From Malacoraja senta (Eukaryota): 64,000 nucleotides of DNA. This document shows, piece after piece, positions 10,128 through 23,825 of this stretch. The stretch spans positions 6,884,001 through 6,948,000 of the forward strand of contig CM075991.1 of assembly GCA_038087875.1 (NCBI GenBank), given 5' to 3'. Under the pieces are notes generated by a model, which did not search any database, was not told the DNA's origin, and was given only the letters and a program-made list of their open reading frames with translations. How positions within the stretch are numbered: position 1 is the first letter of the stretch; each line of letters opens with the position of its first letter. The position numbers and the translations under genes were made by a program.

Positions 10128-11451
10128 TCGGAACGAAACATAGACATTGATCACTTTTTTGTGTCATCCATTAAAAAAAAAAATCAAATGGACTTGAGGT
10201 GGTGGGGCTTGTGATTAGTCTAACTTCATTCTACCTTTCATTTATCGTCACTGACAAATTGGGCAAATTTGCTACAGTAGAAAGAAAAAAGTAATGTTGT
10301 ATTGGCATAAAAGCACAAGAAAATAATTGTTTTTCAAGTTATGCTCATAAATGTTAGCTTGTGAAAGTTCTGTGCATTCGTGTTACACTTCAGCTATATT
10401 AAAATGACAAATCTTGTCCCCAAAAATCAATCATCATGACTTTTCTCCCATCATTCACTTACATTGTTTAATAGTGCCACTGCCTATTTTGTGTATCACC
10501 CTGCTAAATCTATGTGTGCCCAATGGGAATTGTACCGAGACACCTTTAACCCTTGTAACAAAACTCTTGTACTCAGGCACTTCTTCATTCAGTCTCAGAC
10601 CTGACTATGCTTGCACCTTGACCGATGTCAACTGGACTCGGTATCAGTATTAGTCGCAGCATTCATCTCACAAAATAAAAAGGGGATTGTTAAGGGATCA
10701 GCGCAAGAGTGCATGGCTTAGACTGAACTAGAAAGGTATTTGGCCTGAGAAATCATGCTCTGCTGACATGCAGCCAATTCAGCAATCAACCTGGATCTCC
10801 GCCAAGAGAAATATCATCTGGAGCCAAAAGTAGCCGCGTTCCAACTGTTTCCCGACCTCAGTTCCATTGGTGAGCTGGTGTTTGAGTTCACAAGCCCCAC
10901 ATGGCAACCAGCATGGAAACTAAGCCAGGCACTGGGGAGATGTCACATAAATTAACACGTGGAAAATGCCTAACATTGGGGACTGTGACAGGACTGGCAG
11001 CATCACTGGGATTGTCCTGTCTATGCCTTCAAGACTATTTTAGTACAAAATGTATGTTAAGTACCCAGGGTTACCGCTGTTCCATGAGGAAACTATTTTA
11101 CGTCCATTAATTTACTGTTATCTGTGGCTCAAAGCATCCCAAGGATGCAATAATGGCTATTCGGCAGGTCAGCTAGCTGGTCACTTTACTATTCTTAACT
11201 ATTGTGACTTATTCTTTTTCCAGTAGTATTACAGCAACTAGAAGGAAGCACAGATTTAAGTTTACTCGGATAAGGAATAGAAGGGAGTTGTAGAACATTG
11301 TAGAACAAATGTTGAAACTCATTGCCTGAAAGGCAATGGATGTGGACAACCTCAGGAGTTGACATCCAGCGATCTACAACGCTGTGGGTTGAGAGCTGGG
11401 AAGTATACTGAGCCCATGAAATAACAATAGTGTCACCTTTATGAATAGTAT

Positions 11452-11575
11452 CTAGAAACTATCTATTCCTGCCTGAAAAACACCCAGTGACTTGGCCTCC
11501 ACAGCCTTCCGTGGCAAAGAATTCCACAGATTCACTACCCTCTGGCTAAAGACATTTTTCCTCATCTCCTTCCTT
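11452..11575 (-). mobile_element. CR1 fragment
   Basis: Translates EMRKNVFSQRVVNLWNSLPRKAVEAKSLGVF. Confidence 0.75.
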
Positions 11576-12054
11576 TCATCATGCCCAATCAGACTATTAA
11601 GTTCTCTGCCAATGTAGGTAATGTCAACTGATTGGGATTGTTGTGTGGTGTCACCGAGTAAGACGATCCCTGCCAAAACCATTTGTTTTGAATTATTGTT
11701 GGCTATCTCAGCACTCTACTACTGTCTGTTTACGCAGAAACTGGAGCTGTTGTGAAAAAAATCAGGAGTTAATTGGCCAGGAACATGTGGTTCTGATGAA
11801 TCCGTTTTTCTCCTGGTTTACCCAGGACGGCACTTAATCTGGTGATTGGCAGCTGTCAGCCCAGGACAGAAATAGACAGAAACACAACTATCTGATCCCA
11901 AGGGAGCAGGAGAGCTGCACCTACCCAAGGCGGCACGCTAAACCAATCAAACCAAATGACATATCAAGACTCGTGGAAACTGACTGCCCTCACCATTGAT
12001 TATGCCTGTTTTTTGCTTTAAAAACTTTAAAGTTCCTAATCAGGCTTAATATAG

Positions 12055-12558
12055 GTGTAAGAAGGAACTGCAGAGGCTGGTTTAAACTGGATAGACACAA
12101 AAAGTTGGAGTAACTCAGTGGGACAGGCAGCATCTCTGGAGAGAAGGAATGGGTGACGTTTCGAGTCGAGACCTTCAGACTGGTTAGGGATAAGGGAAAC
12201 GAGAGATATAGACGGTGATGTGGAGAGATAAAGAACAGTGAATGAAAGTTATGGAAAAAAGTAATGATGATAAAGGCATTCCCTCTCTATCTATCCCTCC
12301 CCCACCCAAGTCACACTAGCTTCTCATTTTCACCCTACAAACAGCTAACAATGGCCTGTTTCCTTTATCATCGTTACTTTTTTTGCATATCTTTTATTCA
12401 TTGTTCTTTATCTCTCTACATCATCGTCTATATCTCTCATTTCCCTTATCCCTAACCAGTCTGAGGAAGGGTCTCGATCCGAAAGGTCACCCATTCCGTC
12501 TCTCCAGAGATGCTGCCTGTCCCGCTGAGTTACTCCAGCTTTTCGTGTCTATCTTTGG
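12055..12558. mobile_element. Long inverted pair of Penelope pLTRs (~500 bp hairpin)
   Basis: 12055-12275 is the reverse complement of 12365-12558; hammerhead-like core ctgagga...gatccgaaaggtc at 12461-12490. Confidence 0.85.
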
Positions 12559-13114
12559 TATATGTGGGAAATGTCCCTGGTGTGTAGGATAGTGTTAATG
12601 TGCGGGGAGCGCTGGTCAGTGCGATGTCGGGCAGAAGGGCCTTTAATCCATGGATAGGAGAAGTTTGATGGATATGGACCAAACGCAGGCAGGTGGGACT
12701 AGTGTAGCTGGGACATGTTGGTCAGTGTGGGAAAGATGGGCCGAAGGGCCTGATTCCACACTGCATCACTCTATGACTATGACTTTTCCTAGATTATAAA
12801 TTTCAAGCAAAAGCCATAGATAGCAATAGTGGACCGAGATGATTCAATGATTCAATGTTTCAATGCGACTTCATTGTCACATGCAGCCAGGTACAGTGCA
12901 ATCCTTTGTTTAGCGTACAGCTCGGTAAAATCATACAGCAGACCTCGTCCAGGCAGTACCACGTTTCTGGCGCCGAGAAAGTTACAAAAAGGTCATTGAG
13001 CAGTTTTATCTTCTGCTTGCAGCGGAGAACCGGGCCTGTTGCCGCACGTGGCAGCAAGTGGCCCCATGCCGGGTCCTCCCTTCATTTTCGGCGAAAAAAT
13101 TAAAAAAAACTCAA

Positions 13115-13453
13115 ACAAGGCAGGAAACATGTTCCCGATGTTGGGGGAGTCCAGAACCAGGGGCCAGTGTTTAAGAATAAGGGGTAAGCCGTTTAGAACG
13201 GAGACGTGGAAACACTTTTTCACGCAGAGAGTGGTGAGTCTGTGGAATTCTCTGCCTCAGAGGGCGGTGGGGGCAGGTTCTCTGGATACTTTCAAGAGAG
13301 AGCTAGACAGAGCTCTTAAAGATAGCAGAGTCAGAGGATATAGGGAGAAGGCCGGAACGGGTACTGATTGTGGATGATCAGCCACGATCACATTGAATGG
13401 CGGTGCTGACTTGAAGGGCCATTTGGCCTACTCCTGCACCTATTGTCTATTGT
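13115..13453 (+). mobile_element. CR1 LINE 3' end
   Basis: MFPMLGESRTRGQCLRIRGKPFRTE...FFTQRVVSLWNSLP; (ctattgt)n tail. Confidence 0.9.
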
Positions 13454-13455
13454 AA

Positions 13456-14297
13456 TGATCCTGACGTGAACTATGGGCCTCATGGTGGGTTACATGCCGA
13501 CATTTTGTAAGGAAGCTTAGAAATCAGTATAAGAAACGGTGTCCCATATGTCTTATATGTCTTATTTTTTCAAATTTTGAAAGTATTAAATTTTGGTCAC
13601 ATTTTGGTCGATTTTATTCACAAATTAGCTCAAAAGGATCATAGGTAGGCCTATTTTTAAGGTGATATTTCATTATGATTGAATAACTTTCAAATTTGGC
13701 CACCCATGTCACAGATTGGTACCCTTATTTACGGAAACACACATGCGTATTCTGAAAATTGAGTTGACGAAAGTGTGCAGAAGAGAAGTTTTAATACTGA
13801 TGGAAAATATTGATTTTGGTGTAAAACTGAAATGCAAATTGAACAAGATGTTGGCAATATGGATTGCCAAAGTATGGGGTGATAATTTGTTCACACAACT
13901 CCAAAAAAAAGAGGCGTGAGATGTTGAAAGTTGAGTTAACCTGAAATAGAGTAATTTTGAACAAGTTTATGGGTACTTTAATATCCACAGGGGAAATTAG
14001 TTTCCTTATTTGTCAGTAGTACTTTTGTTCTCTCTAGTGTTTTTTGACCAGTGTAAAATTCCTTCAAGTGATGTTTAACAATAGGGCAACACATAAAATT
14101 CATATGCAGTGAGATTTTCACTCTGAAATCAGGAGGTTTGTAAAATAACCGTTTTTTACGTGGCCATTTCCCACTGAAACCGTGTAACTGTGTAAACAGC
14201 CAACACTCAATCAGCGTAATTTGTTTTCCCTAATATCTTTGGTTTCCTTATGACCCCACATGTGCCTTGACTGCTTGGTCCGAGGAGGTCAGGGTCA
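13456..14297. mobile_element. Possible unclassified AT-rich TIR element
   Basis: Imperfect 10-bp inverted ends tgatcctgac / gtcagggtca; abrupt change to AT-rich composition; no clear TSD. Confidence 0.3.
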
Positions 14298-14540
14298 CAT
14301 TCACTTTTAGCTTCCTATCCTCAGGACCATTTTAGGGTGCTCACGTTGCGACATTTCACGGTTGACTGATCATTGCTGCATGAGAAGGGTCATTGAGCTT
14401 TATACACGAGAAGATGAGACTTTATCTGCTTTTCCTTCTGTCGACATCAACAGATGGAGCTAGGAAGGATAGTTGCCTGCATTGCAGATTTCTGCAAAGT
14501 TCAGGCAATTAAATGCTGGATTCAGATCCCTGCTTTTTTA

Positions 14541-14799
14541 AGGGCCTGTCCCACTTTCATGACCTAATTCACGACCTTTTTTACTCGTGGACATTTTTCA
14601 TCATGCTAGAAAAAATGTTCCGACCTACTTAATGCCACGAGTACCTACGACTAGCATCACGACCAGCTACGACCTACCTATGACTTCCTATGACCTCTTA
14701 CGACATACCTACGACCTCGTGACGACCATGCTGCGAGTATGAGTCAAGGGCAAACTCGGCAGAGGTCGTGAATTTGGTCGTGAAAGTGGGACAGGCCCT
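14541..14799. mobile_element. PIF/Harbinger-like MITE
   Basis: TIRs AGGGCCTGTCCCACTTTCA / TGAAAGTGGGACAGGCCCT, TTA TSD on both sides, internal acgacct repeats. Confidence 0.85.
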
Positions 14800-15469
14800 T
14801 TAGCAACCTCCTGCCTAGAGGTACCTGACCCATCCTGTGGCCAGCCTTGCCTTTGCTGAAGTCTCCACTAATGGAGTACTGCCAGTGATGTTTCCACTGA
14901 TGTATCCTTTTCATAAGAATCACATCAGCTACTGCAACTACTGTAGTTACAGCATAGGCGTGGGAGGACTGCAGTCGTCTGATCTACAAGGTACTTCTTT
15001 AAAAGCTGGGAAAGCATTAAACTGGCGGAATGAGCTCCTCCATTTGTGTTGAGACTGTTCTGGATTAATATTGTGTGAACCTTTAAACTCCAATTTACAT
15101 TGGGAAGAGCAGACATGGGCACTATATTCTTGAATGATTGCTTGAGAAGATCAGGTAGTGAGTGCAGAACAAATCCAGAATCTAGGCGAGTTTTTTTATT
15201 TGAATGCACATCACATTTGCAGTAATAGAAATGTATGATTACGACCTCATATCTATTATGGATATGTGATTGTCGGGTGATCAGGTCTTTGTGCACAATA
15301 TTACAGGTTATATGATGTTCCAAAAGAACAGCTATAGGGAAAATAGTGGGTGGGGTTTGGTGTTGTTAAGCAAGAAGGTGTCAGAGCAATGTTGAGTTTA
15401 GACTTTAGAGATACACCATGGAAATAGGCCCTTCAGCCCACCATGTCCCTGCCAACCAACGATCACCCC

Positions 15470-16798
15470 GGACGCTGATGGCACGATGTAGAGTTGCTGC
15501 CTTACAGTGAATGCAGCGCCGGAGACCCGGGTTCGATCCCAACTACGGGTGCTGTTTGTACGGAGTTTTACGTTCTCCCCGAGACCTGCGTGAGTTTTCT
15601 CTGAGATCTTCGGTCTCCTCCCACACTCCAAAGACGTACAGGTTTGTAGGTTAATTGGCTTGGTAAATGTAAAAATTGTCCCTAGTGGGTGTTGGATAGT
15701 GTTAATTCAAATTCAAATTCAAAGCACTTTATTCATCCCCAAGGGGCAATTTAAAAGGGCGCATTACAGTAGCTTTAAAAAAAAAAAAAAAGAAAGGGAC
15801 ACAAACAACGTAACGAAAAGACAAACATTCAAAGCTACTCTCTGCACCGAGCGGTCGACCGCACGAGCAGTGACCCGGCAAGGATTGAGTTGTCAGCAGC
15901 GATACAATAATAAAGAACACACAAAATGTAACACAAACATCCACCACAGCATTCATCACTGTGGTGGAAGGCACAAAAATTTGGCCAGTCCTCCTCCATT
16001 TCCCCCCGTGGACAGGACCAGAGTCCAAAGTCAGTCCAGGATCGGCTCTTCCTCACCGGAGACCGCGGCTTTAGATTGTTGCAGGCCGCAGGCCGGCGGT
16101 CAAGATTTAAAGTCGCCGCCGCAGCCAGAAGCACCGTAGACTGCAGGGCCGGCGGTCGAAGCTCCCCTCCAGGGGTGATGGCAAGTCCATGCCGGCCCCG
16201 CGGTAGAAGTTGGCCGCGGGCCGGCAGTGATGGCTTCTTCTTCCCCCGGGTCCCCCACGAGGGATCCCGGGCTGTAGACGCCGCACCAGCTGGAGCTCTG
16301 CAGACCGCGGCTTCAGGCTGCGACTTCAGGCTGCCGGCTGACCCGGGCCAGCGAAACGGAGCGCTCCCCTCCAGCGAGCCCCAGCGAGGGTTCACCCGCT
16401 CCACGCCGAGAGTCCACGCTGCGCCCGCCGCTGAAGCCCCGGGCACGTCTCCGGGAAAGGCCGCGCCGGGCACGTCTCCGGGAAAGGCCGCGCCGATCCT
16501 TGATGTTAGGCCACGGGGGAGGCGACCTGGAAAAAGTCGCGTCTCCATGGAGGAGGCGACCGAAGCGGTTTCCCCCTTACCCCCCCACACCACCCCCTAC
16601 ACAAGACACCTAAAGAAACATTAAATACACACTTTAAAACATACTAAAAAAATAAAAAAAAGTTGAAAAAACTGACGCACTGCTGACATGGCTGCTGCCT
16701 GAACAGCGCCCCCGGCAAGTAATGTGCGGGGATCGTTGGTTGGCATGGACCCGGTGGGCCAAAGGGCCTGGTTCTGCGCTGTATCTCTAAACTAAACT
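15470..16798 (+). mobile_element. HE1-like SINE split by a ~1 kb insertion
   Basis: SINE body runs to ggatagtgttaat (15705) and resumes as taatgtgcggggatcg (16720) through to the aaactaaac tail. Confidence 0.8.
15706..16719 (-). mobile_element. GC-rich non-autonomous retroelement (putative LINE 5' UTR + Rex/Babar-like 3' tail)
   Basis: Minus-strand end aattgccccttggggatgaataaagtgc(tttgaa)n; CpG-rich body; no RT motifs; 27-bp tandem duplication at ~16439-16494. Confidence 0.55.
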
Positions 16799-17934
16799 AC
16801 ACCAGCACTATCCTACATACTAAGGGAAATTGTCAATTTTACCAAAGCCAATTAGTCTACAAACGTGTACGTCTTTGGAGTGTGGGTGGAGACCGGAGTG
16901 CCCAGAGAAAACCCACGTGGTCACAGGGAGAACATACCAATGGGTGTGAGTAGTCTATCGGCCCCCAGGGTGGAGATTAATTGGGGAAATATCCAGGGCA
17001 TGTTTGAAGGGAACTGTATTGTCTTGGGAGATGTTATTCTACAAATTGTTTGGATGAACCAAACTGGGGTACTGTAGAAAAATAATTTGTGGAGTGCATC
17101 GAGGATTTTTTCTTTGAACAGTGTACCCTGGAACTTACTGGGAAACAGAATATTTCAGACTAGGTCATGAGGAACGGCTAATAAAGGATCTTGAGATTAA
17201 AAATGCCCTACAAGGCAGTAACCAGCACATGGTGAGTGCACAGGATCTAAATTGCTATCTTCAACTTAAATAAGTTGAAGATAGCAATCTTCAACTTATT
17301 TCACCTTTGGTATAAAGGTGGAATTGTCTGAAGTGGACTGGGGAAATAAGCTAAGAGACAGGTCAGTAGACAAACAGTGGCAGATATTCAGACAGCTGGC
17401 CCATAATACTCAGCAGGAATTTATCCCAATTATAAAGAGATTCTCTGAGAAAGAGACACAATCAGTGCTAAACAACGAAGGTCAAGCATAATGTTAACTT
17501 GTAAAGTAGGTCATATAAAGCGAGCACCTCATTGGCACAACTGATAGAGCTACTGCCTCACGTCACCAGAGACCCAAGTTCGATCCTGACCTCGGGTGCT
17601 GTCTCTGTGGTGTTTGCACCTTCTCCTTGTAAAGGAGGGAGCATCTGGAATGAAATAAATTCTTCTAGTAATTCTGTTCTGATTACATTTTTATCCATTG
17701 TAACATTTTCTTTAAAATAAAAGTTTCAAATAACCCACTTAATGCTGGAGCTAAGAGAGAGCAATTCAAATAGCGGTGCACTGTGCAATGAAGGGTTTTG
17801 TTTTTGTCACTTCCATCTGTTTTCTTCATCTAGTATTGATTTCCACATAACTTCTCTTTATTTCTAGTTCTAACTTTCTACTTTCTCTTCTTGTGGAACT
17901 TTCACCTAGAGTGACTCTGAGTTAATTGCCCTGA

Positions 17935-18235
17935 TAAGACTTTAGATTCTGGACAAAGATACAGCATGAAAACAGGCCCTTTGGTCCACCGAGTCCGCAC
18001 TAACCAACAATCACCCCGTACAGTTGCACTAGGCACAGTTTTACAATTTACCAAAGCCAATTACCGACAAACCTCTACGTCTTTGGAGTGTGGGAAGAAA
18101 CCGGAGCACCCGGAGAAAACCCACGCAGTCACAGGGAGAATGTACATACCCCGTGCACACAGCAACCATAGTCGGGATCGAACTCAGGTCTCTGGCGCGG
18201 TAGGGCAGCAAATCTACTGCTATGTCACTGTGCCG
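17935..18235 (-). mobile_element. HE1-like SINE
   Basis: Reverse V core tgtgggaagaaaccggagcacccggagaaaacccac. Confidence 0.85.
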
Positions 18236-18635
18236 GTTATTCATAACATTCACAGAACTGTATCGAGCCATTAAACCCCATGGCCCTTGGTGATGTTTAG
18301 TTCCCACTTGCCTCCTCTTGTCCTTCATCTCAGGTCTTTTACTCCTTCTACATATCCTTCTACTCCTTTCACTTTTAGCAATTCTCAATGTACAACTCTC
18401 CTTCCTCAAAAGACAGGTCTCATAACTTTCCTTTGCTTTTTCCTTGAGCTAGGAATATTTCCCTTTTTTTGTTGTTATTGTTCACTCATGCGATGGGCAT
18501 ATTACTACCACTAATTACATATCCTTAAATGCCCTTAAACTAAGTGGCTTCCTCTGTCATTTTATAAGGTAATTTGGAGTCAATCACAGGAAATGGAATG
18601 ATTGAAAATGGGGACTTTAAAAAGCCAGAATTAGT

Positions 18636-18774
<139 letters not shown>

Positions 18775-18783
<9 letters not shown>

Positions 18784-19590
18784 CACATATACCAAGTTAC
18801 AGTGAAAAGCTATTTTGTTGCATACTATCCAGTCAGCAAAAAGACTATACATGATTGCAATCAAGTTGTCCACAGTGTACAGATACATGATAAAAGGTAA
18901 GGTACACAAAAATGCTGGAGAAACTCAGCGGGTGCAGCAGCATCTATGGAGCGAAGGAAATAGGCAACGTTTCGGGCCGAAACCCTTCTTCAGATAAAAG
19001 GTAGTTTAGTGCAAGATAAAATCCAGTAAAGTGCAATGAAAAATAATTTGAAGGTCTCCATTGTTTTGAGATACCATGTGGAAACAGGCCCTTTGTCCCA
19101 CTGAGTCCATACCAACCAGTGATCCCCACATACTTACACTTTTCTACACACACTAGGGACAAATTACAATTATACCAAGCCAATTAGCCTACTGTTAATT
19201 GTAATTAAATTATCACAATTAACTGTACGTCTTTGGAGTGTGGAAGGAAACTGGAGATGCCGGAGTCAACCCATGCAGGTCACGGGGAGAATGTACAGAC
19301 TCCGTACAGACCAGTTCCCGTTGTCAGGATCAAACCCGAGTCTCTGCGGCTTGAAGGCAGCAACTCAACTACTGCGCCACCCTGCCGCCCTTGGATTAGA
19401 TGGTAGCTCAGGACCGGTGTCAAATCAGTTGCCTGATGACAGCTGGGATGGAACTGTCCCTGAATCTGGAGGTATGCAAGTACTTCTGTACTTCTAGCCT
19501 GATGGGAGAGGGAAGAAGAGGGAGTGACCGGGTGACATTTGTCCTTGATTATGCTGGTGGCCTTGCCGAGGCAGTGTGAATTGTAGAATT
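18775..19590 (-). mobile_element. Rex1/Babar-like LINE 3' remnant with nested pLTR (18900-18992) and SINE (19065-19390)
   Basis: tatcacatataccaagttacagtgaaaagc...cacagtgtacagatacatga; gttgcctgatgacagctggg..gaactgtccctgaatc; homologous piece at 37330-37650. Confidence 0.55.
18959..18993 (-). ncRNA. Minimal hammerhead motif (subfamily B) in a pLTR insertion
   Basis: Reverse complement CTGAAGA-A-GGGT(TTCG)GCCC-GAAAC-GTT-GCCTA; insertion flanked by 11-bp TSD gataaaaggta (18889-18899 / 18993-19003). Confidence 0.7.
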
Positions 19591-20644
19591 AGGAGGGGAT
19601 CTCGGAGGATCAAAATGCTGGAGGAGGTTATGTAGATAGAGAGGAAGAAAATCATAGTGGGTTTCAAGGCCGAGGCAGGTTAGAGTTTCCATGAGACATG
19701 CAATGATCGATGGGTTAAATGGTCGCGCTTGGAGAATGACCATGCAGACAAAGAGGTAAAAATGTTATGAAATGCATGGTTGTTGCCCAGCAAGTCAGGA
19801 TGTGCTAATATCATATGTGGATGACTCGCAGTGAAAATGACCTGTTCTGATACTGAGAGAATTTGTTTTTCAGTCTGGAAAGCTGCAATGTCCCCAGATG
19901 GAAAATTAGGTTCTTAGTTTAGTTTAGTTTTGAGATACAGCGCAGAAACAGGCCCTTCGGCCCACCAATACTGTGGACCTCTGTACTGTTAAGATGATGC
20001 CCAATGCAAGCTTGAGGCTTAGATGCAATGATATCAAGAAAGAAAGAATGGGAAAAAGAGTGAATTTGTACCTGTAATAATAAATAAACAAGTATGCTGG
20101 TCAAAGAGATAAATACTTATGCAGTACCTAAATGCATTTGCCATTAATTATAGCACTGAAGGGGTGAGGCCATGTGTTTATTTAAAAGGAATGCACAGAA
20201 GACAAACACAAAATCACCCTGACACTTGTGGATAACTCAGTGGAGGGTAAATCAACAAATTAGCCTCAAGCCAAACAACTTTTTTTCTGGCATTTAGAAA
20301 TGTGAGATTCACTGACTACAACCATTTCTGAAAAGAAATTGGTTCACTTGATGAGATAAGAGTGAATGACTGAAAACAATGGTGTGTCTGGGACAGTGGT
20401 TTAGCTTTTGTAGTGCCATTTCATTTGACGTGTTGCAATTTTCGTTATGTAATTAACTGTCGACATTTCAGAGTGTGTTCTGGACAAGATGAAGCAAACT
20501 GGTTCAGGGTTGAAAAGATGCCACATTCATGGAGATGTCATTTTCAGATGAGATGCTCAATGAAAGTCCTTTTGAATGTTTCAGATTTAATGACCAAAGG
20601 GCCCAAAGGTAGCTAACCTGTATGGCCATTGAAGGACTTTGAAC

Positions 20645-20918
20645 ACTTTAAGGTGAGGGAGGGGGGGGGGGAAGAGTTATTGGGAACCTGAGGGGCAACT
20701 TCTATTACACAAAGGGTGGTACGTGTATGAAATGAGCTGCCAGAGGAGGTAGTTGAGGCAGGTACTATCACAATGTTGGAGAAACAATTAGACAGGTATA
20801 GAGGGATATGGGCCAAACGCCGGCAGGTGGGACTAGTGTAGATGGGACATATTGGTCGGCATGGGGAAGTTGGGCTGAGGGGCCTGTTTCCAAGCTGCGT
20901 GACTCTATGACTCTATGA
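20645..20918 (+). mobile_element. CR1 LINE 3' end
   Basis: acctgaggggcaact...gagctgccagaggaggtagttgaggcaggtac; (ctatga)n tail. Duplicated at 50270-50543. Confidence 0.85.
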
Positions 20919-21892
20919 CCCAAAATACTTTCAACTAATATCCCCCCATTGCACTGCATATAAACTGATGGAGCAAACAGTCTATGGGAGTTGATTTAAA
21001 AGCAAATTGATGTGCTAGACCACACGAGGTTTACAGATTTGTTGTATATATTAAGACCAGTGCTGCCACAAAAAAAAAGATTCACCCCAGGGCTTCCAGC
21101 TTGCTTATTTATCCTGTGTATAGCTAAAGGCACTGATCTTTCTCCCCTATTTCGCTTAAACAAACATCTTGCTTAAGAGCCACAAGGTGTTTCCTTCAGT
21201 GAAATAGAAAATAAACATCAGTGCAACTCTTGGAATCACAGGGAAGTATTTCTGAGACTGAATGTTTAATGCTCAGCACTGCGAAATCTGTCTGCTTGCT
21301 CATCTTTCCACCCAGCTAATGAAGAAGCAGAATGATCACCACGGAAACATGCGGTGACAGAAATATTTCTAACACAGGTTACCTTTTAAAATATTTCTAA
21401 CAATACTTCTGACGCAGCATACCTGTTATTTTTGGAATTACACTGGTACGGATTCTCAAGGTTAACATCTCATGACCTTTGCTAGAAAAGTCTGCTTTAT
21501 TCAGTCCCAACAACAGCCTTTCATTAGTCTACCTGAGTAACAATGATACTGCACCTCATTATCTGTTGAGTTGCTTGCGTTCTCCTTCAAGGTAGCCTTC
21601 AATATTGATAGTGCTGCCCCAGATCTTAGTCAATTTTCTCTAGTATTATCTTAATATGGCTCATTACCAATATTGGCTTCATAACACTTTGATTAAGCCC
21701 CTTGGAATGCTTTTTTACAACAATAATATAATGTGTGGTTCTTGTTGAAATCGGGCAAAGCTTGGGTGATTCAAATTATCAAGAGTGTTGTCAGAGCAGT
21801 GAAGACTATTGGGCAAAGTATTTGTAGTGAAGCATTTAAAGAACAATTGAGCATTGGCAACGACTGAGAAAAGGGCAATATGATTGTTTATT

Positions 21893-22367
21893 TTCATCAG
21901 GAAGGCTGGCTCCGTCTTGGGAGTGGAGTTGGATTCATTGGAGGTGGTCTCGGAAAGGAGGATGCTCCTCAAACTGTGGAGCATCTTGGTCAATACATCT
22001 CACCCCCTCCATGATACGCTGGTCAACCTGAGGAGCATCTTCAGCAAGAGACTGGTCCCACCAAGATGCAGCACAGAATGCCACAGGAGATCCTTGTACC
22101 CTGTGGCTATCAAACTGTACAACACCTCCCACTTCGGTCGTGGGGTAGACTGTCTCCCACCCCGCCCCCTATCTTTGCACATCCCTCATCCTGGGCTTTT
22201 CCACTCAATAATTTAATTTCATGCTTGTGCAATGTTACATATATCCTGTTCCAAAACTGGTCACTTAAATTTCATTATTATTATAATGCACAATGCCTTG
22301 TAACTGTATCTTTTGACTGGTGGCAGACCAAATTCCAACCCGGATAAATAAAGTTGTATCGTATCGT
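21893..22367 (+). mobile_element. Rex1/Babar LINE 3' fragment
   Basis: IRKAGSVLGVELDSLEVVSERRMLLKL...SHPLHDTL...FSKRL.PPRCSTE..RRS..PVAIKLYN, then aataaagttgtatcgtatcgta tail. Duplicated at 51518-51992. Confidence 0.8.
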
Positions 22368-23825
22368 AAACAAAATGGTTGCCTATAGCAGAACCACTAA
22401 GTTCAGGGATGAGCAAGGGAAATGAGATGGGACAAACTAGAACTTTCGATCCACAAATGTGTACTGAAAGGAATATTCTCCAGTTTTTCTTGGTTGATTG
22501 TACTTTCTACCAGGTGTCAATGAAGACTGAAGTGGAACACTTGTACTTGTTCTCAACCAACTAAGATTCCTTAATAGATCCTGACCATTGCCCCAGATTG
22601 CAGTCCACTAACTCTGCTCTGCCTGGGGATAGAACAAGAGACCTTTATGGTTTGACTTTACCGTGATTCAGGCGAAGAATGATATGTCACCAATATCTAA
22701 AGCTAGACAGGTTGTAACTAAGGGCGGACTTGAAGAATGGGTATATGTTCAGATATCGCCCTTGATGATATGAGGATTATGTGACAGTTCAATAGGATTT
22801 CCTCACAAGTATTGTTCCGAGAATGATGGGACTTGTGATATGCCAGGTGCTAGTTTGAACAAATATATAGTGATTGGAATTCGTAAGCCACACATCACAC
22901 ATCAACCAGGCAGAAAGGTGCTGCAAGGATTAAGTTAGCTGTGAAATTGAATTTCACATTTTCATAGGTTTCCCTTATTATCAGACAGATTGACTAATAG
23001 CCTGGGGGGAGTATCGAATAAAGCTGCGTACTGACCCAAGCAAGCTCCTTCGTTAAGCCATAATTATTACAATATTTGCCAATATTAGCTGGCTATTGAG
23101 GAAACTTTCTCTTTCTGCCTTCAGCAACCTCTGATAGCTTATTCTTTCTAATCAGTTGCGCATAAAGGTAACACGCTCATCTCTTATCCTTTCATCCAGG
23201 CAACGAAGAAATTTAAGCTCTAAGACCACTTTAGTTATGGTCAGCACTGCAGAACATTTTCTCAGACTGAGATCAAGTAGATGCGTTGGTGTACAACCCA
23301 AAATATTCTCTGCACGCTGATGATAATGGAAGGAAAGTTGGCAGGGATTGATCTCTGGAAACACTGCAAACTGTTTCCCGTTCAAAACCGAGAGATGGTG
23401 AAAAAAACAACTCCATCACACTTGTCTGAAATGTTCACAGCACACCCTCATTAATGAACGGTTACTCCAGCATTTTGTGTCTATCTTCGGCATCTGCAGC
23501 TTCCTCCCATTAATAATTTCTGAGGTATATTTTGGCCAACGTTTTGTATTGAGCCTCTGTCTGCAAATCAGGAATATTGAAGCCAACTGTACTGAGGCCA
23601 CACTTAACATCCTGGGTCAAAGCATATTGCTGGGAGTGGGCATGGGTGTGTCCATGCTACAGTTTAATCGTGTGTTGGGCTATCCAATAATCATTTGGGA
23701 TACTGAGATGAACAAGTTGACCAAAGCAAAGGAGGAGAGATAGAGGTGTGGAGATTGGGACTGATAAACAGTCAGGTGTATAGGGCTACCTTTGCATTGC
23801 ACACAGCTATCAGAGACCAATATTT

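Noticed and set aside
14630..14730. Short regularly recurring acgacct units, superficially array-like
   Set aside because: Subterminal repeats of a Harbinger MITE; no constant repeat-spacer structure, and the DNA is eukaryotic, so not CRISPR
15835..16624. Long overlapping ORFs (252 aa and 182 aa)
   Set aside because: Low-complexity Ala/Pro/Arg/Gly products expected from GC-rich repeat DNA that is open on both strands
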